From Octopus sinensis (Eukaryota): a stretch of 64,000 nt of DNA. The notes beneath the pieces are model-generated. The model had not been told where the DNA came from. It saw only the letters and a program-made list of their open reading frames with translations, and made no database searches. Where the stretch lies: NCBI RefSeq assembly GCF_006345805.1, contig NC_043002.1, positions 27,156,001 to 27,220,000 on the forward strand, written 5' to 3'. The translations under genes and the position numbers were made by a program. Below, piece after piece: positions 37,513 to 52,577 of this stretch; within the stretch, counting starts at the first letter, position 1; every line of letters begins with the position of its first letter.

Positions 37513-37552
37513 AAGAAATTACCGGTTTCGCGTGTAGCTTTTCAAATTTCTT
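37513..37552 (-). ncRNA. Minimal HHR with U3:A8 core (left arm)
   Basis: AAGAAAT-TTGAAAA-GC(tacac)GC-GAAA-CCGG-TA-ATTTCTT on the minus strand; 7-bp stem I. Confidence 0.75.
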
Positions 37553-38599
37553 GTGACGTATGTTTATATTGCATGGAATTATCGTTGTTTTTATTTCCAG
37601 GAGATTTCTAAATAAGGGGAGGTAGTGAGTGATTTTCCGGTGTAGGGGAGATAATCGCTTAAAAAATTTTTTTTTTTTCCCATTTCCTTGTTAATTTCTC
37701 TGTGTCAGTATGTTCGGATGGTTGAGTCTGGTTGTTTACTTTTCAATGAAGAATGTTTCCTTGTTCAGTCTCATTTGTGTTGATGATCCGAAAGCACATT
37801 GGTAAAATGGGAAGATAAAAAAATTGTGGCAGTAGTTGCTTTGCGCATTTCTCAATGTGCTCACTAAAAGGTATCATTCTATATTCTGGGAATGCAATCT
37901 GTTGTCGATGCAGTGTGCATCTGCGCCTGAGTGATAGTCCCGTGGAACCCACGTAGTCTTGGTGGCAGCCCGAGCATTTAATAACATAAATTATGTTTTC
38001 AGAGGCACAAGTAAAGTTAGATTTGATCTTAAATTTCTGTCCCTCTTTAAAGAAGAATTCTGATCCTTCCAATAGGTTAGGACATGTGCACAGTTCGATC
38101 TACCACATTTTTTTACTTTTGCATCCGTAATTTTAGAAGACAATTTTGCCTTTGTGAGAATCTTTTAAGTGATTTAGGCTGTTTGTAGCTTTTAATGATT
38201 TGTGTGTATGTTTAGAATTTCCTTTAATTTTGGGTTTTTATGAAGTATTGGTAAATTCTGGGTGATGATGGTGAAGGCTTCTTTGTTTCTGGGGTTGTAT
38301 GTAGATATGTAAGGTAGTATTTTCGGGGAAGGTGTGTTGTTGTGTTGAACTTTTCTTAAAGTTTCTATGTTGATTTCTGTTGCACGTCTGATCCCATCCT
38401 CTATGAGTTGAGCTGGGTAATGTCTGTCAATTAGAGTGTTTTGAGTTCTTGCAGTCTAAAGTTCCTGGTATTTTGTTCTGACACTATTGTGCATATCCTT
38501 CTTGCAAGGTGAAGGGGATGTTTGTTTTAGTGTCTTGGGTGGCATGAATAAAAAAGAAGGTATTGTTTGGCGTCTGTGGCTTTGTAAAAAATGTCTGTT

Positions 38600-39600
38600 T
38601 CTATTTTAAGGTTATTTTTTTAATTAGTATATCCAAGAACGGGAGCTCCTTTTGGTTGTATTCCATTGTGAACTGTATATTTGGGTTTATGCTGTTCAAT
38701 AGGTTAAATTTTAGGAGTTTATCTATGTTTTCATTCAGAGAATGAAACAATCGTCTAGGAATCGTTTCCAATTCTCTTTTATGTATTGAGAGAGGGAGTT
38801 TCCAAAGATTGATAGAGATTCCTGGTAAATGATTATTTCCATGTATCCCATTGTTAAGTTCGCAATGACTGGTGCTGCCCTTGTACCCATAGCAATTCCG
38901 GATTTTTGACGGTAAAATGTATTGTCAAACATGAAGTGGTTATTGTGTAGGATGAATTCAATTGATTAGTAATGAATTCCTTATGATCCTTTTTGGTATT
39001 TCTTCCGGAAATTGGTCTAACCAGAATTGTATTGCCTCCAGTCCATAATTATGAGGTATACTGGTATACAAGTTGACTACATCAAATGAAACCAGGATTG
39101 TTTCTTCCTTGGTTTTTTTTGGAAGGTGGTTTAACATATCTAAGTCATCTCTGATATGGCTATCGATATGTTTAAGGAAGGGTTTCAAGAGGATGTCCAT
39201 AAGTAGACTTAGTCTGTGTGTTTCACAGGTTGGGCCAGCTACAATGGGTCGTAGTTTTAGGTCCCCCGGATTAGGTGTGTGTATGTATGTCTTTGGTGAT
39301 TTTTTAATGGTTTCATTTATAATTTGACTTTTATGAATTTTTGGCAGACCATAGAAAAGGCTAGGTTTGCATTTAAAGTTTGTTAGGAAAATCAATCTCT
39401 TGGTTGTCAGTTCCTTTTCATGGGTTTTAATTAGTGAAGATAGAGTTTTCATTATTTTTTGGGGTGAGTTTTGGTAATTTTTTCATAATGTAGGTCTTCA
39501 TCAAGCAAGGAAATTACAAGATTTCTGTAGTATGATGTATCCATTATTACAACTGCATTTCCCTTGTCCGCTTCCTTAATGGTTATATCTTCATCATTTT
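38600..39600 (-). pseudogene. Penelope-type reverse transcriptase, interrupted by 1-bp indels
   Basis: Motifs GLPKIHK, RPIV, SFDVVNLYT, QxxGxAMG and RFLDD. Confidence 0.93.
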
Positions 39601-41124
39601 GGAGTTCTATCAGTTCTTTCCATTGTGATTGTTAAAATTTGGGTTAGCTTTCTGTTTATGTATAGTATGGTAGGGGAAGTTCTCAATGTGGTTACAGATT
39701 CGTCAAGATCTTTATTTCTCCTCTGTGTTGGATGTGTTCACTTTGTTCTTGACAAGTGATTCATCTTCAGTATTGAAACTGTTTGATGCTTCTGCTAGTC
39801 TTAATTTTCTGCAAAATTCTGTTATATTATCCTTGAGTTCATTTAGGTTTGCTCTGCGTGGAGTTGGTGTAAATTTGAGCCTTTTGCGAGGATGTCAATT
39901 TTTATGTTAGAAAGAGGTTTGGTTGAAAGATTGATTATCTTCGGTTTTTCCTTATTACTAGGTTCCAGCCTGTGTCCTGGTGTCCCTGGTCCCGGCTAAA
40001 AAATGGTTGGGTGTAATTTTGTTTGTATGAGTTGTCTGTGAGGGTTGTGTGGTATTTGGTCGGGGGAGTGGTGGTATTGTTGTTGCCTCCGATCGTTGTG
40101 TGTGGTGAGAATCTATGGTTGTTAATGCTTGTGGTGTGTGTAAAATTTCTGTATGGGGAATATTTTTGTTTCGAACTTCTTGTATGTGGGATGTTGCTTG
40201 ACATAGTGTTTCTTTGCGTTTGTCTTGGTTTAGTGGGGACCAGTAGTTTTGGTCATGGGGTAGTATGTGATTTGTGTGTGGTGTATTTCTTATCCTAGTG
40301 TCGTATTGTGCTGTATGGTGGTTGGGTCTGGTATTATGATGTTGTGGTTTGTTCTGTTTTTGGTGTAATTTTTTCATAGACGCGTCCTCTTTCAGCTAGT
40401 TCCCTGTTAGGTCTAGCGTGGTTGTAGAGGTTGGTTGTGGGTGATTTCTGTTTTTAGTGTATGGAGGATAGTTGGGGGTTGTTCGTGGGTTGTTAGGTTT
40501 TTCTTTTTTATTTATTGTAATTTTCTTAAGGAAGGGATTATTTGTACCCAATTCATTTTTGAAGGTTTCACTATATTTTTGGAAGAAGTCCATGTTTTTC
40601 TCCCAGCGTAGGAGAGAATTTCTCTCTTCTCTCACAGGAATCCTTCCAGTGATCCAATGTATTATCGAGGGGTTGTCCCTCGGTATATTTTAGTATTTGA
40701 TTGTGCATCTCCTCGTCTATGCTTTTAAGTTTTTCTTCATTTGTGGAGGCCCTGAGTCTTAGAAGCTCTATTTCTGATTTAAAATTGAACAGAGCTGACT
40801 TTTCTCTAATAGATCTGTCCGTCAGGCTCGTTAGGAATTATTTTTATCTGGAATTTGCGTGGGAGGATAATTGGTGTTGAGTTTATCCATCCCTCGTAGA
40901 TATCTGCTTTGTTGGAATTTTTTATCATGTTCCAGAAGGTGAGTTTTCTGTTGTGCAGGTTTGTATTCCAAACGTTTCCTATTTTCTTTTTGTTGGGTTG
41001 GTTGGGTGCGTATGGTATCCTGCTGTGTTTCATTAGGCCTGTGTATTATTTTCGGATTTGTTGATGAAAATTGAGTTCAGTGTTGTATATAACAGTTGTA
41101 GATCCTTACTCACCTGGTCAGTGT

Positions 41125-42330
41125 AAAGCCACAGACGCCAAACAATACCTTCTTTTTAATTCATGCCACCCAAGACACACTAAAACAAACATCCCCTTCA
41201 ACCTTGCAAGAAGGATATGCACAATAGTGTCAGAACAAAATACCAGGAACTTTAGACTGCAAGAACTCAAAAACACTCTAATTGACAGACATTACCCAGC
41301 TCAACTCATAGAGGATGGGATCAGACGTGCAACAGAATCAACATAGAAACTTTAAGAAAAGTTCAACACAACAACACACTTCCCCGAAATACTACCTTAC
41401 ATATCTACATACAACCCCAGAAACAAAGAAGCCTTCACCATCATCACCCAGAATTTACCAATACTTCATAAAAACCCAAAATTAAAGGAAATTCTAAACA
41501 TACACCAAATCATTAAAAGCTACAAACAGCCTAAATCACTTAAAAAGATTCTCACAAAGGCAAAATTGTCTTCTAAAATTACGGATGCAAAAGTAAAAAA
41601 ATGTGGTAGATCGAACTGTGCAACATGTCCTAACCTATTGGAAGGATCAGAATTCTTCTTTAAAGAGGGACAGAAATTTAAGATCAAATCTAACTTTACT
41701 TGTGCCTCTGAAAACATAATTTATGTTATTAAATGCTCGGGCTGCCACCAAGACTACGTGGGTTCCACGGGACTATCACTCAGCGCAGATGCACACTGCA
41801 TCGACAACAGATTGCATTCCCAGAATATAGAATGATACCTTTTAGTGAGCACATTGAGAAATGCGCAAAGCAACTACTGCCACAATTTTTTATCTTCCCA
41901 TTTTACCAATGTGCTTTCGGATCATCAACACAAATGAGACTGAACAAGGAAACATTCTTCATTGAAAAGTACAAACCCAGACTCAACCATCCGAACATAC
42001 TGACACAGAGAAATTAACAAGGAAATGGGAAAAAAAAAAATTTTTTAAGCGATTATCTCCCCTACACCGGAAAAAATCACTCACTACCTCCCCTTATTTA
42101 GAAATCTCCTGGAAATAAAAACAACGATAATTCCATGCAATATAAACATAACGTCACAAGAAATTTGAAAAGCTACACGCGAAACCGGTAATTTCTTTAA
42201 AAATTTTAAAATTATGTCATTTTAAGGAAAGGAAAAAAATTTTTCCAATATTCTCCAGACATTTTGACACAATATATATATTTTTTAACATTTAAGCCTT
42301 CTGTCGTTTTTTCACACTTTACTATTTTCT

Positions 42331-42337
<7 letters not shown>
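41125..42337 (+). mobile_element. Inverted pseudo-LTR: 1.2-kb copy of the 3' end of the adjacent Penelope element
   Basis: Reverse complement of 37372-38583, nearly identical; encodes the thumb remnant and GIY-YIG (ORFs 41071, 41566, 41733). Confidence 0.95.
42158..42197 (+). ncRNA. Minimal HHR with U3:A8 core (right arm)
   Basis: AAGAAAT-TTGAAAA-GC(tacac)GC-GAAA-CCGG-TA-ATTTCTT. Confidence 0.75.
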
Positions 42338-43113
<776 letters not shown>

Positions 43114-43529
43114 TTTATGGATGATTTCGTCAGTGGCGTACTTTGCATCAGTGACTAATATACCTACTAACCTATACAAAATGATAGCTGACAAATCAGG
43201 TAGAAGAAAATAATTGGCTCTTCATTGACTGAATTTTAAAAATAATATTTGGTTGCTACAATAGACAGGTAGTTAGTTATGTGAGAAAGACGTAAATTGC
43301 TGGAACACAGTATCAAAAGAGGGAAGTCACCCAGTTGAATGTGCTTAAACTCGTCTTAGTCTAGTCCATGTTTGTGGAAAAATTCACACGGGGCAATCAT
43401 TGACATTCATATATTCAAAGTAATAACCTGAAGTGAATTATACATGATTTAGTATCCCCAACACAAACCAATAATCTAAATTTTGATATAAAGATTCTTC
43501 ACAAGATATTTTACAGTAAAAAAAGCATT

Positions 43530-43925
43530 GGCGCAGGAGTGGCTGTGTGGTAAGTAGCTTGCTTACCATCCTCATGGTTCCGGTTCAGTCCCACTGCGTG
43601 GCACCTTGGGCAAGTGTCTTCTACAATAGCTTCGGGCCGACCAAAGCCTTGTGAGTGGATTTGGTAGAGAGAAACTGAAACAAATCCGTCGTATATATGT
43701 ATATGTTTGCGTGTGTGTGTTTGTCCTCCCCAACATCGCTTGACAACCGATGCTGGTGTGTTTACGTCACCGTAACTTAGCTGTTCGGAAAAAGAGACCG
43801 ATAGAATAAGTACTAGGCTTCCAAAGAATAAGTCCTGGGGTCGATTTTCTCGACTAAATACGGTGCTCCTGTATGGCCGCAGTCAGATGACTGAAACAAG
43901 TAAAAGAGTAAAAGAGAGAAAGAGT
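43530..43925 (+). mobile_element. SINE family A, full length
   Basis: Same head, core and tail as 14028-14454. Confidence 0.92.
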
Positions 43926-44250
43926 ATACTTTTTTAACGTTTTGAATTTTGACTGTGGCCATGTTGAAGCACCGCAGTGAATAATTTACTCCAATTACCG
44001 TCTTATGTCTGGCATTTATTCTCAGTTAGATCCACGGGGACGGAAAGAAACCAGACGCGGTTGAGAAATACAAGGTTGTACATGCGCACACAAGTATACG
44101 TGTGTATTTATATATGTACATATATATACATGTGTGTGTATCTATCTATACATACACACATAAACACACACACGCACGCACACACACACACACACACACA
44201 CATGCATGAGAAATTTCTATCTAACAATTTCAATCACAACACATCTGACG

Positions 44251-44756
44251 TGTTGGGGTCACTTGCCCGTAATTCCACGCAGTGTTTCTGACTCCGAAAC
44301 TGCGCAGTTGCAAAGGGAGTTTGTTACCCACACAGACATGACAGCACGTCTGTATATATACCTGCGAGCGATAGGGTGAGATACAGAGATAGATAGATAG
44401 AGGGAGAGGGAGAGAGAGAGAGCGATTGTGAGGAAGGGAGATACAGAGAAATGGTTGAAGCGTAAATGTTTTTTGCCAGATTAATGCGTGCCCGCGTGCG
44501 TGTGGTCGAGAGAATATCCCTGTGAGTATAAATACGTAGAGGCCAATGTATGTATGCCTGTGAAGTCGAATATTTGTATTTTCCATCACCAACAAATACA
44601 CGTCTGTGTGATTGTGGCTGTGTGTCTGTCTTTGTGTCTGTGCGGTTCTATTTACAGTCGTTATGTTTGAATAGATTTAATTATCTAAAGGTGGATAATG
44701 GAAAAACAAGAAGCGAAGAAACTGGAAGAAAACCACTGAACCCCTGAAACTTTACA
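44251..44756 (+). mobile_element. Candidate solo LTR
   Basis: TG...CA ends, TATAAATA at ~44527, flanks GACG / TACG (possible 4-bp TSD with one mismatch). Confidence 0.4.
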
Positions 44757-45528
44757 TACGAAAATCTAGCTCACAGGAACAAATAGCATTAAGCACAAAC
44801 GTACACATGAACGCGCTGACTCACCTATAAACATACACACACAGACGCACATACACACATACACACGCAGACACATAAAGAGAAGTACAAAATCTAAACA
44901 CAAAGAGAAAGTGGATGCGCAAATCGCAAGAAATAGCACAATATTAGACGAAACACGTAGACTTCAACATACACTCTCACATACACTCATACACATTCTG
45001 ACAAATCAAAATACTGAGAGATTTAAAAAAAGGCTCCAATGAACGAAGCTGCAGATATCGACGAAGGAACTCTAACAAACCAATTCATTGATTGATCAAA
45101 GAACTGTTCCAATAATCGATTAGCTAATTGATAAATTAGTTACCTAGTTGACAAATATTAACGATTTCTAGTGGCACAATGTAACCTGTTGTTAAGAAAA
45201 GACGAAACGGCATAGCATAACTCGATACCATTGACCACGGTGCTTCTCTGGTGCTTTACTTGATCTGGCCCAGAATGGTGAAAAACAACGCTGAACTCAT
45301 TAGTGGTATTCGAACTGAGACCGTTAAATCACATAGTATTTTGCCCGCTGCTTTAGCAGTTTTGTTACTCCTCTCCCTTTTGTTGCCTAGTAATAAGGGA
45401 AAGCGAAATATAAGCTGCGATTATGTTTTATCGGCAAATTCTTCCCAAGTGAAAGGAACTGTTTCAAAATACGATTTCATTTCAAGCATTTTGCACAACA
45501 AATTCATTATACAACCACATACAAGCAC

Positions 45529-45570
<42 letters not shown>

Positions 45571-45955
45571 GCTCTCTCTCTGACACACATACATGCACAC
45601 ACACGCACACAAACACGCACAGACATGCATAAACACATACATGAAATCAACTAGTTCCTTCCCAAACGTTTAGACGAATCATCAAGGTTAACATGATTTC
45701 ATAAACAAAGAAAAGAGACAAAATATGACGGAGTAGTTGCTGTTTTCATCCAGTCACACACAAACGCACGCGCGCTTACTACATGAGTTACCTTGTCAAT
45801 CTTATTTAAAATTTTCCTACTACTTTCATAACGAAATGAATCGTTTTCTAAGCGTATCACAATTTCGCTTATATACTTAGACTGTATACTTTAATTTCAA
45901 ACGACAGTGTTGTGTATTCAACCTCTCTGTCTGTCTGTCTATCTGTCTGTCTCTG

Positions 45956-45992
<37 letters not shown>

Positions 45993-46779
45993 GTGCCTGT
46001 CCGTCTGTCTGCCTCTCTCTCTCTCTCACATAGATACACATGTACCCATGCGCCTGCACGCACTCGCGCATGTACAAGCACGTTCATGGAAAATGCCCAC
46101 ATACAAGCACAAGCACGTTCACATACAAAATATATCCAGTAGATTATTTCATATACATTACTAAGCCTACAATTTATTTTAAAAAATGATAGATAAAAGA
46201 AATTATGCTAGAATTCTTCTTTTTAGCGTGAACATTTTTTAAGAAGCCTGTAACATTTTTTAACATGTCGATTTAAATAATAAAATAAAACAGATGCTCT
46301 CATATTTTAAGTAGATCGGCAGAGATGAAAATGTGCAAAATGTATTAATTGTAAAAAGAAAGATTTTATTTTTATTTTTTATTAATTAAAAACATTTCTT
46401 TTGAAATTAGCGTTAGAATATTTACAGCTGCGACACATTTTTTTTTATATATAAATACATATATTTCTTTCACATTTGATGCGCATAAATATTTTTGGCT
46501 TACATTGGAAACAGTTCGTAGATTAACGTCTTACAATCTAAAAACAGTTTTGCTTAAGCTGCAATTTATTTGGGGTGGAAAATTTATTAACAAAAATAGA
46601 AAATGTTTGTACAAATTTGTATATACTGTTCATGTACCACCCCGCTTCTCCCACACAGATATGTGCATACGTATATGTGTATATATATGTGTGTCTAAGC
46701 ATGTATGTGTAGTGCGTAAACATGGCTGTATATATGTTTGTTCAGATTTATTGTGACGTAGCTGCTCGTCTCCAACTAC

Positions 46780-47048
46780 TGTAGTATCGCCACTATTTAT
46801 GAAGATACTTTTATTTACACTATAAATGTGTAGTGACAATAAACACATTACAAAGCAGAGTAAGAACAACGTAACAATCCAACAAACTCTTCACGAACTA
46901 TACACGAAACATATTCCTACAAACTACCAAAACGACACCTTGCGACTCCCTGCGATTAAGACCTACTCTCTGTCTCACTCAATCCGCTACTATTTATAGT
47001 CGTTCGGTCAAGTCTGTTTTTGCAGGGGGTGTCTTGACTCTCGCCACA
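46780..47048 (-). mobile_element. Candidate solo LTR
   Basis: Minus strand TGTGGCG...TATAAATA...AATAAAA...GTGGCGATACTACA; no clean TSD found. Confidence 0.4.
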
Positions 47049-47258
47049 ACATCTTCCCTTTCGCCATTTGGACTTCCGTTGGAAACGAAATAAATATATT
47101 TTTTTCTTTCATTCTTTCCAACACCTCTTCCTTTTTGAAATTTTGCATCCCCGGGGAGATCAGTACCTTTTCCGCTTAGGAATTATTTCTAAATTTTCAG
47201 TCTGTTTGCGTTTTCTGTTACTGCACCTTTTAGGCTCGATCTCTTTAGGCTGTTCTTG

Positions 47259-47620
47259 TTATTCGATGCACTTAAACAATCGGTTGAGAGTACCTTGAAT
47301 TGTCTTCATTTCCTCAAGGATTCCATTATAAGGAATAAAAGCTTCGTGACAAAATCCCACAATCTTGGAAAAGCTTTGAGCATATGGATCCATATCCTCG
47401 AACATAGAGATTATATTTCAGTATATGCAAATGCTTGCTGCATTTTCTTAATGGTAAAGTGGCGTGGCTCAGGTTCGACTTCCTCCTCTTTATTTTGCTG
47501 CTCGTGAAGCTCTATCAAATCCTCGTTTGTCAGGGGTTACTTGTCTTTTTCAAATAAATCTGTTAACACCTCGTTCAAATCCATTTCCAGATCTTATACA
47601 TAAAGTAACTAGATTGATTC
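47259..47620 (-). mobile_element. Tigger/pogo transposase C-terminal remnant
   Basis: DLEMDLNEVLTDLFEKDK..PLTNEDLIELHEQQNKEEEVEPEPRHFTIKKMQQAF..MFEDMDPYAQSFSK..TIQGTLNRLFK resembles the Tigger1-type C-terminus. Confidence 0.78.
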
Positions 47621-48159
47621 GTGGTTATTCTACTGAATACTATTATAAAAACTTATTTTACCAAATTACTAGACTACAAGTGGTAGAATTTAGAATTTAG
47701 AATTTAGATGCGTTTAAGCAGACGTAAACGTACACGTCAATAATAGTTGATTTTCAATTATATACGCGGGCTGTTTTTCCCTTATTTATTATTTTTCTTT
47801 TTCAAATGAAGCTATTAAGAAATGCAGGTAAAACAGTGTACAGCAGGCTGCTGGCTGAATACTTTAGATATCCAGAGTGATGATAATAATTATTGAATCG
47901 AATCTACCAAACATCTTAATAAAATTCATAATTAAGTGAGCAACCATGGCTATTATTTACTAATTTGAATTGAATATTAATTTCACAAGAGTCTCATATT
48001 TACATTTCTGCAAAATTATAGCTTTTACCCCGCTTCGATTTATTTAGGTGGTATTCAATGTTTACAGTTATGAGGAAATTTATATAGCTGTAGATATGGT
48101 CCAAAAGAGGTTTGTCGCAAGAATGTCTCATTAAGAATTTATCGTTTTCAAAGATAGCA

Positions 48160-48298
48160 ATTATGATGATTTCTTTTGAATGAAACAATTCTAGTCCTGT
48201 AGAAGCTCCTTCTATAAAATAAATTAATTTACTCTGCTATGTATTGAGTACCTTATTTACTGTGGTTAACCCCGACTCAACCCGGGACCTACATATAT

Positions 48299-48300
<2 letters not shown>
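48160..48300 (+). repeat. Dispersed repeat shared (inverted) with 63378-63517; HHR-like pLTR tail
   Basis: GAAACAATTCTAGTCCTGTAGAAGCTCC..TTAACCCCGACTCAACCCGGGACCTACATATA matches the reverse complement of 63378-63500. Confidence 0.85.
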
Positions 48301-48329
<29 letters not shown>

Positions 48330-48512
48330 AAAATGTATGTACGTATATATATGCATATATCCATGCATGTGTACAAGTGTACCTATATCTATATATGTGG
48401 AAATAAACACATGCATACACGCATATGTATGTATATATATATAGAGAGAGACATACACATATATACATAAATATATATTCATATATATATATATACATAT
48501 AGATATATATAC

Positions 48513-48545
<33 letters not shown>

Positions 48546-48571
48546 CATATATAAATATGCGTGTATATACA

Positions 48572-48608
<37 letters not shown>

Positions 48609-48829
48609 GCATGTGTGTGCGTGCGTTGTATGGTGTACGAATGGATGCGTCTGTATCATTGTTGAATGCATCCATTTCATGAATGGTCGAAATTGCTCTT
48701 CTGTTGCTGAAATATTACGGAAAGGAAGGCGAGCAAACCAATAATACATAATATTCTCTACTTTTCTTTCTCTCCCTTTCTCTTTCTCTCTCTGTCTCTG
48801 TCTCTCTCTCTCTGTCTCTCTCTCTCTCT

Positions 48830-48883
<54 letters not shown>

Positions 48884-48884
48884 C

Positions 48885-48924
<40 letters not shown>

Positions 48925-49210
48925 CACACGACCAAAGATTTACATTCTCAGAATACAGTTTAACCACATATAATTTTCCTTTTCTTTCTCTACATACACA
49001 CATGTATGTCTTCTGCCAAGCATGTAGGGGCAATGTGGATACTTTGACCCCCACCTAGAATAATGTTCGTTGCATGAATGCCTAGAAATTACTTTATATT
49101 ACTGGGTTCAGATTTCTTATAATTTCGTGTTTCCATGGCCCAGAAACATAACAAAATAATGGAACATATTCACAAAAAAACGTAAGTTTAAACTTACATG
49201 AACTTATATA

Positions 49211-49277
<67 letters not shown>

Positions 49278-52071
49278 ATATACATATATATAGGACCAGG
49301 AATGGCTGTGTGGTAAGTATTCGGTCTATTGTGTTTACATATTATTGAGGATTCCATTGGGACATTCTATCAGAACTCCCTTTTATCTTTAGTGGCATCC
49401 ACCTACTGTGGGTTCTATGTATGTATGTATGTATGTATGTATGTATTTATGCATGTATGAACGTCTCGACCACGGTCGAACAATGATGATGATGATGTAT
49501 GAACGTGTATGTATGTCATTCTGACTGGCCGTCTGTCTGTCTGTATGTCTGTATGTATGTATGTTAGTGTATGAGTGTGCATGTCTGTCTGTATGTTTGT
49601 ATTTCTTTGTTTCACGCCGGGATAGTCGCCTGAAATGTGATCCAACATAGTTCTGATGCCGCCTAATGTTGAAAATCATGCTACATCTCTTTCTGCCAAA
49701 AGTAAGGGTATTTATTTAATAAATAATAATCAATGAAAATAATAACCTGATTAATTACTGAGATTGATACCACCGACTAAAACATATAGAGACGATGCCG
49801 AATTATGTCCTTACTCGAATATACAGAAAATGAATAGAAGGGAGTTCCCCCTGGAAATATTTCGACTAGCCTTCTTCAGATTAGTGCTCTGTTTCAGTAG
49901 AGCAGAGACCGGAGCAAATTTTATTTTTCCCACGTCATTTAGTTCCATTTAGTAACCATGAGCTAATCCGTGTGTGGAAGCACACCATATTTACCGAAAC
50001 ACTTCATTCTGACCCAGGCTTAAATTTCCTTGTTGTCCGTTTGGTCATACAAAATGTTTCTTCATATCATTTAAAGACGGTGTAATCATGTTTTCTGAAG
50101 CCTAGGTTTTTAAATGTCGTCTGCTGAAGTTTTAAGTAAAGACAAACTTTACGTTCCTTCGCTTTTACTATCTGTAGAACCGAAAGATATGCCATTTTAA
50201 TGATAATATATATTTGTACCACTGGTGTGCTAAGGTAAGAATTAGGCAACAGTTATTTAAAGCTACGTGTAGTTATTCCAAGCAAGTAAATTTAGAGGTG
50301 AAATGTTAATGTGAATAATGTTAGACGAATACTTAATTCTGTTGTTCTAAAGACCGGGTAATTCATTAGAAATCTGAAATTCTAGAATCCTTTCTTCTAC
50401 AATTCTTCACCTTGCCTTTTTGGGACACTGAAGTATGTGTTCTACTGAATTGCGTGGCCTTTGAAGCAACATAATTAAAGGTATTCTTCAACCTTTCACC
50501 TGATCTCAATTCAATAACTATATGCCACTTTAACGACAAATAACAATTTCGAATTGAATACACTGCTGAGAGAAATATAATTTTCTGTTATCACAACATT
50601 TCTAAATGCTGAAGATGTTAGATTTGATACATGTCCATAGGGAAGAAAATAGAGGAACATTTTATAAATATATACGTAAGAGATTAATTAAGACAGCCGG
50701 CCGAGGAAACCTTAGAAGAAAAAATAATCTTAATGAGAAAGAAATGAAGATTCATTTAAGAATTGTAAATATAGAAAAAAGAAAGGAAGAATAAAATTGG
50801 ACGTAGCATTGTTTTAAAATCTATGACACATTTCACAATGTAGTACTTCTTAAAGGGCTTCCAGAAATGCGCTTAGTTTATAAAATAGATTGAAAAATAA
50901 TAATGTTTGGAATGTTTAGCTACAAGAAAGCCTATAAGCGGAGTTGCTAAAAGTAACTAATTAACCTTTCTCGTTCCAGACTCTGCGTTCTTAAAATAGT
51001 CAAAATGTTTTATTATTCTCCTAGATACTCTGGATAAAAAAGTATCTCATACGTCTGCCTAGATTCGAACTCATCTGTAAGGAACAACGTAAAGATAGTT
51101 TTCTTTTATCCAACGCTTGGCTCAATTGAACAAATTGCTGGCTAATATATTTCAGCTATTTACATTCGATCTTTGATTCAGGAAATCTCTATTCGACACT
51201 ACAATATTTAATGCTCTGGTATTTATTCTTAAAGGTACGGTTGAGATACGAGTGAATTCAGCTATCACGTTAAGCGGGTCGAACCAGTACACTTTCTCAG
51301 TGTCATGTAAGTCTAATCCATACATACTTTTGTAGATACATTCATGCATGCATGTATGTTGCTGTCCAAACGAGCAACTGAATATGAGGTAAAAGAGTAG
51401 TTATATTACTTAAGGAGTATTATAAATTTAGTCACAAAACAGCAGAATTATGTTACTGAACTGTTTCTTTCCTGTTAAGAGATTTTCGTATTGTGGAAAG
51501 GTTAATTAACAGGCATTCGACGTGGCTGAAGATAAATTATAAGTGCAAACACCGAAACCGATGCGAGAACCTTTTATCGATCAAATCACTGATTAAAAGG
51601 AGCTTTTTTTTTTAGATTGTTAAAGTGAGCTTCTTGCACTTTTCTATAGAAAATACTTTTTGAGATAAATCATATAATTGTTCACAAAAAGTATAAACAT
51701 TTAAAAATATGTTGCAGCTTAAATCAAGAAATAGAGGAGATAGAAGATAAGGAGAAGATGGAGGAGCAGAAACCGGGCTAAGGATGATTGAGAGAGAAGG
51801 ACGAACAACAACGAAAAGATGCAATTATGGCAAACGAAAGGGAAATAAATTAATACAGGGGAAAAAGTTATTGAAATGAAAAGATAACAAGATAAAGATG
51901 AGGACAGCAAATACGATGATTCCATTTCAATAACTAATAAAAATGGTATAATCAAATTCAAACTAAGGGCAGAAATGTATAAATAAATGATACACACACA
52001 CACATACAAATACAGAGACATGTACATATGAACAGATACTTATATATTAGGTAGTAGGGCGGGTATATCAC

Positions 52072-52111
<40 letters not shown>

Positions 52112-52490
52112 ATTATTATTATTATTATTATTAGTAGTAGTAGTAGTAGTAGTAGTAGTAATATCAGCAGCAGCAGTTATATAGTTTGTTGATAGTCGGT
52201 CAAAGTTCTTACGAACAGCTTTACGCCAAATAAAGAGGCAACTTTAGGAAAGACTTGATAGGAGTGAAACTAAACTTATGTTTTTATTAAGACATGTCTG
52301 AAGATTGTCGCATTTGCCTTTCCATATTTGGCATGGAACCGTTATACACACACACAATCACACACAAACATACAAACATATATACATATATATATATAAA
52401 TACATATACACGTGTGTGTGTGAGTGTGTGTGTGCGGGTATATATATATATATATAATATATATATGTATGAATATATATATATATATGA

Positions 52491-52577
<87 letters not shown>

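Larger units (their letters stand above)
37337..41124 (-). mobile_element. Near full-length Penelope-like element (N-terminal domain, RT, GIY-YIG, 3' UTR with HHR)
   Basis: Frameshifted ORF pieces in order: 41033-40806 N-term; ADKGNAVV (~39575); FYGLPKIHK..LRPIV..LLKP..VSFDVVNLYTSIP (39452-38958); YRQKSGIAMGT..APVIANL.M..KRFLDDCF (38932-38735); IYVIKCSGCHQDYVGSTG..R..H (38072-37743). Confidence 0.95.

Noticed and set aside
51526-51555. CTGAAGA...CACC-GAAACCGAT
   Set aside because: Stem II is interrupted by 10 unpaired nt and the stem III palindrome is broken.
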